The translations under genes and the position numbers were made by a program. From positions 4,019-68,018 of the forward strand of contig JAFXBC010000043.1 in NCBI GenBank assembly GCA_017516825.1: a DNA stretch of 64,000 nucleotides, written 5' to 3'. Positions 33,826 through 43,174 of the stretch are shown in pieces. Origin of the DNA: Clostridia bacterium (GTDB lineage Bacteria; Bacillota; Clostridia; Oscillospirales; CAG-382). The notes under the pieces were generated by a model. It was not told the origin of the DNA, did not search any database, and saw only the letters and a program-made list of their open reading frames with translations. Each line of letters opens with the position of its first letter. Within the stretch, counting starts at the first letter, position 1.

Positions 33826-36774
33826 ATGAAATGCACAAAGAAAGTTCTGTGCTTCCTGCTGGTTGCGCTGATGGCCATGCCCGCCCTTGGCGGTATGCTT
33901 GCCTCTGCGGCGGCGGAATATTCCTTTACGGAAGATTCCTCCAAGGCGTACGAGGTTGCCGACGGCGTCTTCTACAGTGAGTACACCCTCTCCAGCGGCG
34001 TCTACGAAAACGTTTACGTTTCCGCCTCCGCTTTGGAATTCAACACCGAGGACTACATGATTGTTGCCTACGGCGGTGCCGCAGGCGGCGCGGCTTACCT
34101 GGCCAACCAGTACCGTCTGGCTACCGAGGACGGCTACGAGGTAGTGGGCGCCATCAACGGCTCCTTCTTCTCCATGGATACCTCCGGCAACGGTAACTAC
34201 GGCTACCTGAACGAGTACCTGATCTCCGGCGGCGAGATCTACTCTGCCGACAGCGGCAACGCCGCATCCGAGTTTGGCGGCGCCGTGGCCTTCATGTCCG
34301 ACGGCACCCTTGCCAACGTAACGGATTCCTGCCTGTCCTTCGGCCTGTACATCAACGGCCAGTCCATTTCCGGCGGCCTGGGCCACGTGAACAAGTACGG
34401 CGGCAGATTCAAGCCCGCCAACTGGGGCAACGGCTTCTACTACTTCGACACTCACTCCGGCGACCTGTATTACGACGTCACCGAGGACGGCGAAGGCAAC
34501 GTCTACGGCGAGATGATCTCCCAGGCGCTGACCTTCGAGAACATTCCCGGCTACCAGGTGCTTTGCCGTAAGGTGAACGGCTCCCGTCTCTCCGTGGACA
34601 GCACTCTGAGAGGCGAGGTCGTCTCCGTGACCGACAATTCCTACCGCACCAAGCTTGCGGAGGACGAGTTCATCCTCTTCGTCAAGGCAGGCTCTCCCAA
34701 CGTGGAATACGTTAAGGACCTGAAGGCAGGAGATCCCATTGACATCACCGCCACCGAGCTGGGCGGCAAGGCCTCCGGCGTCACCTCCACTGCGGATTCC
34801 GTCATCGGCATCTGCGGCTGTCTGGTAAGAGACGGCCAGAACCTGACCTTGAACAACTCCTTCAACAGCGGCGCGGCTCACTCCAACACCACCAAGGCAC
34901 GTTGGACCGCGTTCGGTATCAAGGAGGACGGCTCCTACGTCTTCTTCACCACCGAGGGCGCTTCCACCGGCTCCGACGGCTCCGTCACCCTCCAGGACGT
35001 TGCCAAGGCAATGATCGAGATGGGCTGTGTGGACGTTTACCGTCTGGACGGCGGCGGATCCTCCGCTATGTACGTCTGCGACGACGGCACCGGCAAGGCA
35101 GGCTTCAAGCAGTATTCCGGCCGTTCCATCGCGGACTGCCTGCTCATCGTGAAGCGTACCAGCCCCGCTCTGCAGAAGGGTAAGACCGAGCTGCAGACCT
35201 TGACTTCTCAGTATGAGAGCAAGACCGGCAAGGCCTACGAGACCGCCGTTGCAGACGCAAAGGCAGTTCTTGCAGACAAGACCGCCGTTACCGGCGACTT
35301 CTACCGTGCTTATTGTGCATTGCAGAGCGTTGTCACCGCAGAAGCGGTTCTGACCTCCGCCGCAAACGACGCCAAGGCCGCACAGTCCGCCGATTACGCC
35401 GCTACCGTTTGGAACTCCATCCGGAGCCTGCAGGCGGAAGCCGAGGCCCTTCTCAAGGGTGACCCCACTCTGGAAGAGATGGAAAAGGTGGGTACTGCTC
35501 TCCGCAGTGCTCTCAGCTCCAAGGGTACTTACTACAACAACCTGGCTCTGGGTAAGAGCTACACCTCCAAAACTGCCTCCAATTCCAGCTACGTGGATAA
35601 GGACGGCGTGGAAATGACCGACGGCTTCTACGGAGCCGCATCCAGCGCCTACGACCCTGCATGGGCAGGCTGGAACAGCGACGCCGTATTCACCATCGAC
35701 CTGGGTGCGGTCTACGATAATATCACCGCCTTCAAGGTGAACGCATTGCAGCTGACCTCCTGGGGCATCGGCATTCCCAAGCCCATCACCATCGCCGTTT
35801 CCGAGGACGGCGAGAACTTCACCGACGTAGGCGAGCTGGTAGATCCCGAGGGACTTACCCGCAAGGAAGAGGGCTCCGCCTTCACCCTGTCTCTGGAACT
35901 TGAGACCGGCGTCAAGGCCCGCTACGTCCGCATCACCCCCAAGCGTAACCTTTCCTTCTTCTTCTGGAGTGAGATCGAGGTCATCCGCTGTGAGCTTCCC
36001 GGCGAGGGCATCGAGGATCCCGTAGATCCTCCCGTAGATCCCCCCGTAGATCCTCCCGTTGACGTTCCCGCAGTACCCGAGGATCCCACCGAGGATTGGA
36101 TCGGTACCGCAGAAAAGGGTGCCGACGGCAACTATACCGCAGACGTTCCCTACGGCTACGTCTGGATCCTGAACTACCTGGACGGCAAGATCGTTGGCGA
36201 GGACATCACCGTCTGCACCACCGACGAGGCCTATAAGGCTTGTAATCCCAACTGGGCCATCACCATCTTCCTGGAAGAGCAGGAGGACGGCACCTACGTG
36301 GCTTTGCAGAACGCCATCGTGACCCCCGAAAACGCTAACGCCATCACCATCGGCGAGAACCAGATCGCCCTGGTCGTCCACTCCTCCGCCTCCAACGACG
36401 ATAACCCCGCCTACCACAACTGGCTGGGCAAGGTAGTCGCTATGTCCGTCAAGAAGGGTGACGTCTTTGAGATCCTGGGCGACATGGAAGCCGTGAAGGC
36501 AGTCGTTCCCGCAGACGATCCCGTAGATCCTCCCTCCGAGGATCCCGATGAATCCTCCGCTCCCGAGGACGAGTCCTCCGAAGAACCCGACGAGTCCTCC
36601 GAAGAGTCCGAGGAATCCTCCGAAGCTTCCACTCCCGCAACCTCCGCTCCCGCAGAGTCTTCCGCCGCTCCCGGCGAGGACGAAGACTCCGCTCTGCCCA
36701 TCATTCTGATCGTGGTAGTGGTAGTCGTGGTTGCCGCTGTGGTGGTAATCATCCTCATCAAGCGCAAGAAGTAA
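33826..36774 (+). CDS. Surface-anchored phosphodiester glycosidase (NAGPA/DUF2233) with F5/8-type-C-like module, PVDP repeats, acidic stalk and C-terminal TM anchor
   Basis: ORF trimmed to ATG 33826, which follows AAGGAG. Signal peptide MKCTKKVLCFLLVALMAMPALGG. NAGPA motifs AINGSFF ... YRLDGGGSSAMY. C-terminus LPIILIVVVVVVVAAVVVIILIKRKK. Confidence 0.75.
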   Translation: MKCTKKVLCFLLVALMAMPALGGMLASAAAEYSFTEDSSKAYEVADGVFYSEYTLSSGVYENVYVSASALEFNTEDYMIVAYGGAAGGAAYLANQYRLATEDGYEVVGAINGSFFSMDTSGNGNYGYLNEYLISGGEIYSADSGNAASEFGGAVAFMSDGTLANVTDSCLSFGLYINGQSISGGLGHVNKYGGRFKPANWGNGFYYFDTHSGDLYYDVTEDGEGNVYGEMISQALTFENIPGYQVLCRKVNGSRLSVDSTLRGEVVSVTDNSYRTKLAEDEFILFVKAGSPNVEYVKDLKAGDPIDITATELGGKASGVTSTADSVIGICGCLVRDGQNLTLNNSFNSGAAHSNTTKARWTAFGIKEDGSYVFFTTEGASTGSDGSVTLQDVAKAMIEMGCVDVYRLDGGGSSAMYVCDDGTGKAGFKQYSGRSIADCLLIVKRTSPALQKGKTELQTLTSQYESKTGKAYETAVADAKAVLADKTAVTGDFYRAYCALQSVVTAEAVLTSAANDAKAAQSADYAATVWNSIRSLQAEAEALLKGDPTLEEMEKVGTALRSALSSKGTYYNNLALGKSYTSKTASNSSYVDKDGVEMTDGFYGAASSAYDPAWAGWNSDAVFTIDLGAVYDNITAFKVNALQLTSWGIGIPKPITIAVSEDGENFTDVGELVDPEGLTRKEEGSAFTLSLELETGVKARYVRITPKRNLSFFFWSEIEVIRCELPGEGIEDPVDPPVDPPVDPPVDVPAVPEDPTEDWIGTAEKGADGNYTADVPYGYVWILNYLDGKIVGEDITVCTTDEAYKACNPNWAITIFLEEQEDGTYVALQNAIVTPENANAITIGENQIALVVHSSASNDDNPAYHNWLGKVVAMSVKKGDVFEILGDMEAVKAVVPADDPVDPPSEDPDESSAPEDESSEEPDESSEESEESSEASTPATSAPAESSAAPGEDEDSALPIILIVVVVVVVAAVVVIILIKRKK
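36016..36063 (+). repeat. In-frame 12-nt tandem repeat x4 encoding (DPPV)n linker
   Basis: gatcccgta gatcctcccgta gatccccccgta gatcctcccgtt gac. Confidence 0.9.
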
Positions 36775-36790
36775 TTCTCATAAAAACCAA

Positions 36791-36825
36791 AAGCCGATAC
36801 GGATTCACTTCCGTATCGGCTTTTT
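36791..36825 (+). terminator. Intrinsic terminator after the NAGPA gene
   Basis: AAGCCGATACGG/CCGTATCGGCTT stem plus T-run. Confidence 0.85.
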
Positions 36826-36832
36826 CTATCTC

Positions 36833-36905
36833 CCGAAAGCGACAGCTTTCGGCATTTAAGTTCTTTGGGGATTTTTAAGGGGGCTTCTTTCAAGAAAGCC
36901 CCCTT
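36833..36905 (-). repeat. Bipartite 3'-end hairpin module E2
   Basis: On the minus strand: AAGGGGGCTTTCTTGAAAGAAGCCCCCTT, linker AAAAATCCCCAAAGAACTTAAATG, hairpin CCGAAAGCTGTCGCTTTCGG. Begins 22 nt after the ynbB stop. Confidence 0.8.
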
Positions 36906-36927
36906 AAACGTTCTCTCGTATTTTATA

Positions 36928-38157
36928 TCAATGCCCCATCTTTTCCAGCGCGGTCAAAATCCCGTACTTGCCGGATTCGTAGGTCAACCCGCCCTGCATA
37001 TACACGCGGTAGGGGGGACGAATGGGTGCGTCAGCGGAAAGCTCAATGGAAGCCCCCTGCACGAAGGCGCCCGCCGCCATCACCACCTCGTCGTTGTAGC
37101 CGGGCATAGCCCATCCCTCGGGGGTGACGTAGCTGTCCACGGGAGACCCCGCCTGAATGCCGCCGCAGAAGGCTAGCAGCAGCTCACGGGTCTTACAATC
37201 CACCGTCTGAATGATATCGCTTCTTTCCTCCAACGCGGAAGGATTGCAATGATAACCGAAGCTTTCAAACATAGCCGCCGCAAAATGCGCCGTCTTCATG
37301 GCCTGCAATACCGTGTGGGGCGCGTAGAACAAGCCCTTGATCAACTGCTTGGTGGTTCCCAGGGAAGCCCCTGCCTCCAACCCGATGCCGGGCACCGTCA
37401 AACGGTAGGAAGCCAGCTCCACGGCCTCTGCAGAGCCCACTAAGTAGCCTCCCGACTCTGCCATGCCGCCGCCGGGATTTTTGATGAGAGAGCCGATGAG
37501 AAGGTCAGCCTTGGGCTCCTCCTTCTCCACGAATTCCCCGTAGCAGTTGTCCACCACGAAGAACACGCCGGGATACTGCTTCACCAGTTCTCCCAATTGG
37601 GTAAGCTCCGCCGCCGTCAGCGTTCTGCGGGCGGAATATCCCTTGGAACGCTGTGCGTAGATCATCTTCACGTTTCCCTTGTCCAACCGCTCCTTGATAG
37701 CGGGGAGATCAAGGGTGGCCTCGCCGATCATGTCGATCTGCTCGTACTTCACCCCGAACTCTGCCAAGGACCCGGCGCAGGGAGTCAACCCGATGACACC
37801 GCTCAAGGTGTCGTAAGGCCTGCCCGTCACGGAGACCATCACGTCCCCCGGGCGTAACAGCCCCTGGAGCCCGATGGCCAGCGCGTGAGTACCTGAAATG
37901 ATGGAGGCACGGGCAAACCCCGCCTCGCATCCAAAGGACTGGGCAAACAGCTTGTCGCAAAGATCCCGTCCGTCGTCGTTATAGCCGTAGCCAACCGTTC
38001 CGTTGAAATGCCGCTCGGAAAGCTGATTATCCGCAAACACCCCCATCACCTTGCGGGTGTTGTAAAAGGCGGTCTCCTCCAGACGGGCAAAGGTACCCGC
38101 CAAGGCTTTTTCACATTCCGCCGCACGGTCAAGCAGCGCTTTAGAAAATTCCTTCAC
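36928..38157 (-). CDS. ynbB: PLP-dependent methionine gamma-lyase-family protein (YnbB / aluminium-resistance type)
   Basis: N-terminal pattern FNGTVGYGYNDDGRD ... ISGTHALA is typical of this family. Confidence 0.8.
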   Translation of the reverse strand: MKEFSKALLDRAAECEKALAGTFARLEETAFYNTRKVMGVFADNQLSERHFNGTVGYGYNDDGRDLCDKLFAQSFGCEAGFARASIISGTHALAIGLQGLLRPGDVMVSVTGRPYDTLSGVIGLTPCAGSLAEFGVKYEQIDMIGEATLDLPAIKERLDKGNVKMIYAQRSKGYSARRTLTAAELTQLGELVKQYPGVFFVVDNCYGEFVEKEEPKADLLIGSLIKNPGGGMAESGGYLVGSAEAVELASYRLTVPGIGLEAGASLGTTKQLIKGLFYAPHTVLQAMKTAHFAAAMFESFGYHCNPSALEERSDIIQTVDCKTRELLLAFCGGIQAGSPVDSYVTPEGWAMPGYNDEVVMAAGAFVQGASIELSADAPIRPPYRVYMQGGLTYESGKYGILTALEKMGH

Positions 38158-38163
38158 GATGGG

Positions 38164-39156
38164 TTATACTCCTTTTTCAATGAAGGCGGTCAACAGCTTG
38201 GCGCAAGCGTCCAGATCCTTCATATCGATGGTCTCAACAGGGGAGTGGATGTAACGGGTGGGGATGGAAATGCACCCTGCCGCACAGCCCGCCCCTACCA
38301 TCTGCATGGAGGAGGTATCCGTGCCGCCTGCGGTAAGCACCTCGTACTGATAAGGAATGTCCCCTTCCTTTGCCAGCTCGGTGAGACGGTCGATGATCAT
38401 GGGAGAGCAAAGCACGGAGGAATCCTTGATCTTAATGGCCGCACCCTCGCCCAGCTTGGTCACCGCAGACCCGCCGCACTCTCCCGCGGAGGTCACGTCC
38501 AAAGCGATGCCGTAATCGGGCATAATGCGGAACGCCGCAGGACGGGAGCCTCTGCAGCCCACCTCTTCCTGTACGGTAAACACGAACCAGGTGTCGTAAG
38601 CGGGGGTATCGCAATGCAACGCCGCGTAAGCCGCCACCACGCAACCGATGCGGTCGTCAAATGCCTTTGCCGCATAGCGGGAGCCGCCCAGCTTCTGAAG
38701 CATGGGAACCACCGCGCACACGTCGCCGATCTTCACACGCTTCTCGGCCGCCTTCTTGTCCTTGGCGCCGATGTCGATCACCATCTTCTTTACGGAGATA
38801 TCCGCCGCCTTGGTGCCGTTCTCCAGAACGATCACACCGGTAACGCCGTTTGCAAACTTCACCTTCTGATAGGAGGAAGCCACGGCGTGAATGCCGCCGA
38901 TGTTGGAAACGTGAATGTAGCCATCCCCGTCGATGGAGGTGACCACGAAGCCGATCTCATCCATGTGAGCGGCGATCATCACCTTGCGGGAGGAGTCCTT
39001 ACCCTTTTTCAAAACCAAAAGATTCCCCATGGGATCGGTCTCGATAGCGTCCGCCACGGGTGCCAGTTCATTTTTGATGATCTCCGCCAAGGGCTTTTCC
39101 ATGCCGGACACGGAAAAAGCGGAGGTAAATTTCTTGGTCAACGTCAACATACTCAA
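38164..39156 (-). CDS. M42 family metallo-aminopeptidase (TET/FrvX type), paralog 3 of 3
   Basis: AAHMDEIGF, FDDRIGC and VQEEVG motifs. Confidence 0.85.
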   Translation of the reverse strand: MSMLTLTKKFTSAFSVSGMEKPLAEIIKNELAPVADAIETDPMGNLLVLKKGKDSSRKVMIAAHMDEIGFVVTSIDGDGYIHVSNIGGIHAVASSYQKVKFANGVTGVIVLENGTKAADISVKKMVIDIGAKDKKAAEKRVKIGDVCAVVPMLQKLGGSRYAAKAFDDRIGCVVAAYAALHCDTPAYDTWFVFTVQEEVGCRGSRPAAFRIMPDYGIALDVTSAGECGGSAVTKLGEGAAIKIKDSSVLCSPMIIDRLTELAKEGDIPYQYEVLTAGGTDTSSMQMVGAGCAAGCISIPTRYIHSPVETIDMKDLDACAKLLTAFIEKGV

Positions 39157-40175
39157 ATCTTCCTTTCAATGATCGCTCTTGCCAGCTTGCCCACGGAGAT
39201 GAGATCCTCCTTGGCGGCAACGCTGCAGGCGGAATGGATGTATCTTGTGGGCGCGGAAATGGCAAGCACTCTTGCTCCCATGGCACCCTTCTGGAAGGCA
39301 CTTGCTTCGTTGCCTCCCGCCACGATGTTCTTCAGCTGACAGGGGATGTCCTGCTCCTTGCCCACCTCCAGCGCCAACGCCACCAGCTCCTTGTCGTAGA
39401 TGGTACCGCCGTCCATGTGGGAGATCACCGCACCCTTGCGTACCTCGCAGGCACGTCTGCCCTCGGGGGCACCGCAGACATCTCCCGCGGTGGTGGATTC
39501 CAGGATCACCGCAATATCGGGACGAATGCGGTAGCAGACCTCGGAAGCACCGTCGCAACCGATCTCCTCGCAGGTGTTGAAGGCAAAATAGGTGTCGTAT
39601 TCCAGATCGGAATTGATCATATCCACCATCAAGGCACAGCCGAAACGGTCGTCCAATGCCTTGGATTTGATCAACCCGTCTCCGAAGTCCTCGTAATTGG
39701 GGCAGAAGGTAGCGCAGTCGCCCACCTTGGCAAGCTTACAAGCGCTCTCTCTGTCGTAACAGCCGATATCGATGTTCATCTCGGAAACAGGCTCGCAGAT
39801 GCCGAACTCGGAGGGCTTCTGAATGTGGATGGACTTGGAAGCCACCACGCCGATGATGCCGTTCTTGCAGAACTTCAGTCTCCGTCCGCTGACCACGCGG
39901 CGGTCGATACCGCCCACGGTGTCAAACCACAGATAGCCGTCCTCTCCCACGTAGGTGACCATAAAGCCCACCTCGTCCATGTGAGCGGCAACCAACAGCT
40001 TCTTGTCACGGCGCTGTCTGCCCTTCTTGAAGACCACCAGGTTGCCCACGGCGTCTACCTCGTATTCCGCACCGGAATCCTTGATGTCTTCGATGATTCT
40101 TTCTCTGACAAGATCCTCCATGCCGGAAGGCCCGAGGATATCACAGTATTCCTTTAGTCTTTCAAAAAATTCCAT
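39153..40175 (-). CDS. M42 family metallo-aminopeptidase, paralog 2 of 3
   Basis: AAHMDEVGF, LDDRFGC and TCEEIG motifs. 4-nt overlap with the next gene. Confidence 0.85.
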   Translation of the reverse strand: MEFFERLKEYCDILGPSGMEDLVRERIIEDIKDSGAEYEVDAVGNLVVFKKGRQRRDKKLLVAAHMDEVGFMVTYVGEDGYLWFDTVGGIDRRVVSGRRLKFCKNGIIGVVASKSIHIQKPSEFGICEPVSEMNIDIGCYDRESACKLAKVGDCATFCPNYEDFGDGLIKSKALDDRFGCALMVDMINSDLEYDTYFAFNTCEEIGCDGASEVCYRIRPDIAVILESTTAGDVCGAPEGRRACEVRKGAVISHMDGGTIYDKELVALALEVGKEQDIPCQLKNIVAGGNEASAFQKGAMGARVLAISAPTRYIHSACSVAAKEDLISVGKLARAIIERKI

Positions 40176-40176
40176 C

Positions 40177-41220
40177 TCAAATGCCCTCCTGTTCCCCGAT
40201 CTTGCGGAGCAGTGCCTCCACCAAACGGGAAGCGGCCATCACGTCCCGCAGATCCACGATCTCGTTTGCCGTGTGCATATTCTTCAAAGGCACGGAGATC
40301 AGACAAACGGGTACGCCGCCTCTCACCGTCTGTACCGCGTTGGAGTTGGTACCGGTTCTGCCGGGCTCTGCCAACAGCTGAATGGGAATATCCTTTTCCT
40401 CCGCAAGCCGTTCCGCCAATGCGGTGAACCTGCGGGTGGTCTGGGGCGCGTAGGACAGAATACAGCCCTTGCCCATCTGTACGCACTTTCTCTTTTCCGG
40501 CGCGCCGGGAACGTAGGCGTGACCCACGTCCATGACGATGGCCAGATCGGGGTTCAAGCGGTACGCCGTGGTCATGGCGCCCTTGTAGCCCTGCTCCTCC
40601 CTGGCGGAGAACTGCACGGCGATGTTGATGCCGAGATCCTCATCCCCCAAAAGCTCCAACACCCGCAAATGCGCCGCGGCACAGATACGGTCGTCAAAGG
40701 AGGGGCTGACGGCTACGTGTTCGTTCAATCTCTCCGTCTCGGACTTGAAGCCCACGTAAGTACCCACGCGGACGATCTCCTCCAATGCCTCCTTGGAAAG
40801 TCCCGTGTCAATGGAGAAGGAGGAAAGCTCCATCTTCTTCTCGCTTTCGCCCGGCTCCTGGAGATGGGGAGGCTTGGAAGCGAACACACCGGGAATGATC
40901 TTCTTACCGTAGATCCAGACCTCCGATGCGGAAAGATTCTTTTCCGAGGTCCTGCCGATACCGGCAACCTTCAAAAAGCCTCCCTCACAGATCTGGGTCA
41001 CGATGAACCCGATGGTATCCAGATGAGCGTCCAACAGCACGGTTTTGGCGCCTTCCTTCTTACTCTTGCGGATGCCGTAGAAGGAAGCCACGGGGGTGAT
41101 CCCCGTCTCGTCAAAATAATGCCCGAACAGCTTTTCCAGATCGGGAAGCGCGCGGTCTTCGTCCCCGGAAACACCGGGCAGAGAGATCAGCGTCTTCGCC
41201 AAGTCGTAAATGCGATCCAT
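40177..41220 (-). CDS. M42 family metallo-aminopeptidase, paralog 1 of 3
   Basis: DAHLDTIGF, FDDRICA and AREEQG motifs. Confidence 0.85.
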   Translation of the reverse strand: MDRIYDLAKTLISLPGVSGDEDRALPDLEKLFGHYFDETGITPVASFYGIRKSKKEGAKTVLLDAHLDTIGFIVTQICEGGFLKVAGIGRTSEKNLSASEVWIYGKKIIPGVFASKPPHLQEPGESEKKMELSSFSIDTGLSKEALEEIVRVGTYVGFKSETERLNEHVAVSPSFDDRICAAAHLRVLELLGDEDLGINIAVQFSAREEQGYKGAMTTAYRLNPDLAIVMDVGHAYVPGAPEKRKCVQMGKGCILSYAPQTTRRFTALAERLAEEKDIPIQLLAEPGRTGTNSNAVQTVRGGVPVCLISVPLKNMHTANEIVDLRDVMAASRLVEALLRKIGEQEGI

Positions 41221-41246
41221 AATTCCGTATATCCTTTCTGTAACGA

Positions 41247-42614
41247 TTACAATTCACGTACCAATTTTTTGAAGGTCTCGCCCCGCACGGCAAAGTTCTT
41301 GAACATGTCAAAGCTTGCCGCCGCCGGAGAAAGTACCACGCAGTCTCCCGAAACCGCCTTTTGGGAAGCCAGCTTCACCGCGTCCTCAAATCGTTCCACA
41401 CGTGTGAAGTCCGTGTACCCCACGTCTGTCAGCACCTTCTCGATCTTTGCAGAGGTAGCCCCGCAAAGAATGGCGTGCTTCACCCGCCCGGGGAACAGCT
41501 CACCCAGGGGCTCCAAGGGAATGTTCTTGTCGTACCCGCCGCAGATCACCACCAAGGGCACCTTGAAGCTGTTGACACAGGCCGCGGTACGGGTGGGGCT
41601 GGAATCGATGGAGGAGTTGTAATACTTCACTCCGTCCTTCTCTCTGACAAACTCACAGCGATGCTCCACGCCGCCGAATTCTCTTGCCACCTTCCGAACG
41701 GTCTCGTGGGAAACAAGCCCCTCCGTGGCACAGATGGCCTGGGCGTAGTTGTAGCGGTTGTGGATCCCCACCAAACGGATCTCCTCGTCCTTCACCACCA
41801 AGGTGTCGCCCAGGTAGATCCCGGTTTGATCAAACCAAACGTGAGCCTGTTCCTTCCCGGAGGTGAACTTTAAGCTCCCTCTCGCCTTGGAAGCGCACCG
41901 AGTAGCGTACCCGTCGTCGGCGTTTAAGATCAAAGTATCCGTCTCCTCCTGGAACAGGAAAATGTTCTCCTTGGCGGTGACGTATTCCTCCATGTCTATA
42001 TGCCAGTTGAGATGGTTGGGGGAAAGATTGGTCACCACCGCAATATGGGGAGACCTCGTCATCTTCATCAGCTGGAAGGAGGAAAGCTCCACCACCGCAA
42101 AATGATCCTTTTCCATGGCGTCCAGCTCGCACAGCAGATTCCTGCCGATGTTGCCTCCCAGATGCACCGTCCTTCCCTCCGCCTCCAAAAGCTTGGCGAT
42201 GAGGGTGGTGGTAGTGGTCTTGCCGTCGCTTCCCGTCACCCCGATGATAGGGCAGGGACACAAACGGAAGAACTCCTCCATCTCGTTGGTCAGCACCGTG
42301 CCCCGCTCCTTGGCCTTCACAAGCCCGGGCAGATCCTCCCGCACGGCAGGGGAGAGGAACAGAACGTCCTCGTCAACGTTTTCCAGATAGCCTTCTCCGC
42401 AGATGAATTCCACCCCTTCCGCCGTCAGAGGCGCAAAGGCTTCTTCCCGGGAAATACCCTTCATATCCCGCACGCGGCAGATGGCTCCCACTTGCAAAAG
42501 CAAACGGAGAATAGGGGTATTGCTCACCCCGAGACCGATAAAGCCCACCTTTTTTCCGCGGAAGGTTTTCGCATATTCCAATAGCAAGGTCAAGTCCTCC
42601 CCTTCAAAAAACAT
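41247..42614 (-). CDS. murD: UDP-N-acetylmuramoyl-L-alanine--D-glutamate ligase
   Basis: Mur ligase P-loop GVTGSDGKTTTTTL and overall MurD layout. Confidence 0.9.
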   Translation of the reverse strand: MFFEGEDLTLLLEYAKTFRGKKVGFIGLGVSNTPILRLLLQVGAICRVRDMKGISREEAFAPLTAEGVEFICGEGYLENVDEDVLFLSPAVREDLPGLVKAKERGTVLTNEMEEFFRLCPCPIIGVTGSDGKTTTTTLIAKLLEAEGRTVHLGGNIGRNLLCELDAMEKDHFAVVELSSFQLMKMTRSPHIAVVTNLSPNHLNWHIDMEEYVTAKENIFLFQEETDTLILNADDGYATRCASKARGSLKFTSGKEQAHVWFDQTGIYLGDTLVVKDEEIRLVGIHNRYNYAQAICATEGLVSHETVRKVAREFGGVEHRCEFVREKDGVKYYNSSIDSSPTRTAACVNSFKVPLVVICGGYDKNIPLEPLGELFPGRVKHAILCGATSAKIEKVLTDVGYTDFTRVERFEDAVKLASQKAVSGDCVVLSPAAASFDMFKNFAVRGETFKKLVREL

Positions 42615-42625
42615 ATATCCTATAC

Positions 42626-42654
42626 ATTATATCTTCAAAACAAAAAATAATCAA
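42626..42654 (-). promoter_or_regulatory. Promoter TTGATT-17-TATAAT for murD and downstream genes
   Basis: The -10 ends 11 nt before the annotated ATG, which implies a very short or absent leader. Confidence 0.5.
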
Positions 42655-42658
42655 TAGG

Positions 42659-42687
42659 TTGACAAAATAAAATTTCTGTGTTAAGAT
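42659..42687 (+). promoter_or_regulatory. Promoter TTGACA-17-TAAGAT for rnpB
   Basis: The -10 ends ~6 nt before the predicted P1 5' end. Confidence 0.7.
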
Positions 42688-42692
42688 AAAAA

Positions 42693-43035
42693 TCCACCAC
42701 TCCAGACAGTCGCGCAAATGCGGGCGACCGCAAAGTGAGGAAAGTCCGGGCTCCGCAGAGCAGGATAACAGATAACGTCTGCCGAAGGTGACTTCAGGGC
42801 CAGTGCAACAGAGAGATACCGCCGCATCTTTTTGCGGTAAGGGTGGAAAGGCGAGGTAAGAGCTCACCGGCGTGCGGGAGACCGTGCGGCCATGTAAACC
42901 CTATCCGGAGCAACACCCACCGAAGCGTTTTAAGCTTGCTCGGCAGCTTCACGGGTGGCAAAGAGGCGTACGGCGACGTACGTCCAAGATAGATGACTGT
43001 CCAATACAGAACCCGGCTTACAGAAGTGATGGAAC
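42693..43035 (+). ncRNA. rnpB: RNase P RNA, bacterial class A
   Basis: Universal P4 strands GAGGAAAGTCCGGGCTCC (42737..42754) and ACAGAACCCGGCTTA (43006..43020). GGTAAGGGTGGAAAGG region. P1 pairing 42693-42701 with 43025-43033. Own promoter and terminator. Confidence 0.9.
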
Positions 43036-43038
43036 AAG

Positions 43039-43066
43039 GGTCCCCTCGGGGATCTTTTGTTTTTCT
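43039..43066 (+). terminator. Terminator after rnpB
   Basis: Short GC stem (GGTCCC/GGGATC), tetraloop, then TTTTGTTTTT. Confidence 0.55.
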
Positions 43067-43108
43067 CCCGTTGCGGCATAAAAAGAAAGGATTTCCCCAA
43101 ATACTCTC

Positions 43109-43137
43109 TTGACAAAAATACCCTTTCTTAGTATAAT
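43109..43137 (+). promoter_or_regulatory. Perfect consensus promoter TTGACA-17-TATAAT for prfB
   Basis: Read directly. Confidence 0.75.
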
Positions 43138-43174
43138 ATCATTGAATGTATATGAACATCAGAGGTAAACGACA

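Noticed and set aside
36016-36063. A short perfect tandem repeat, considered as a CRISPR or minisatellite candidate.
   Set aside because: Only four 12-nt units with no spacers, in frame inside a CDS, encoding a Pro-rich linker. It is not a CRISPR array.
42612-42625. A leaderless murD mRNA implied by a -10 box 11 nt from the ATG.
   Set aside because: Kept only as a low-confidence promoter feature. Without transcription-start data, the promoter call or the start codon could each be off, so I do not raise it as a finding.
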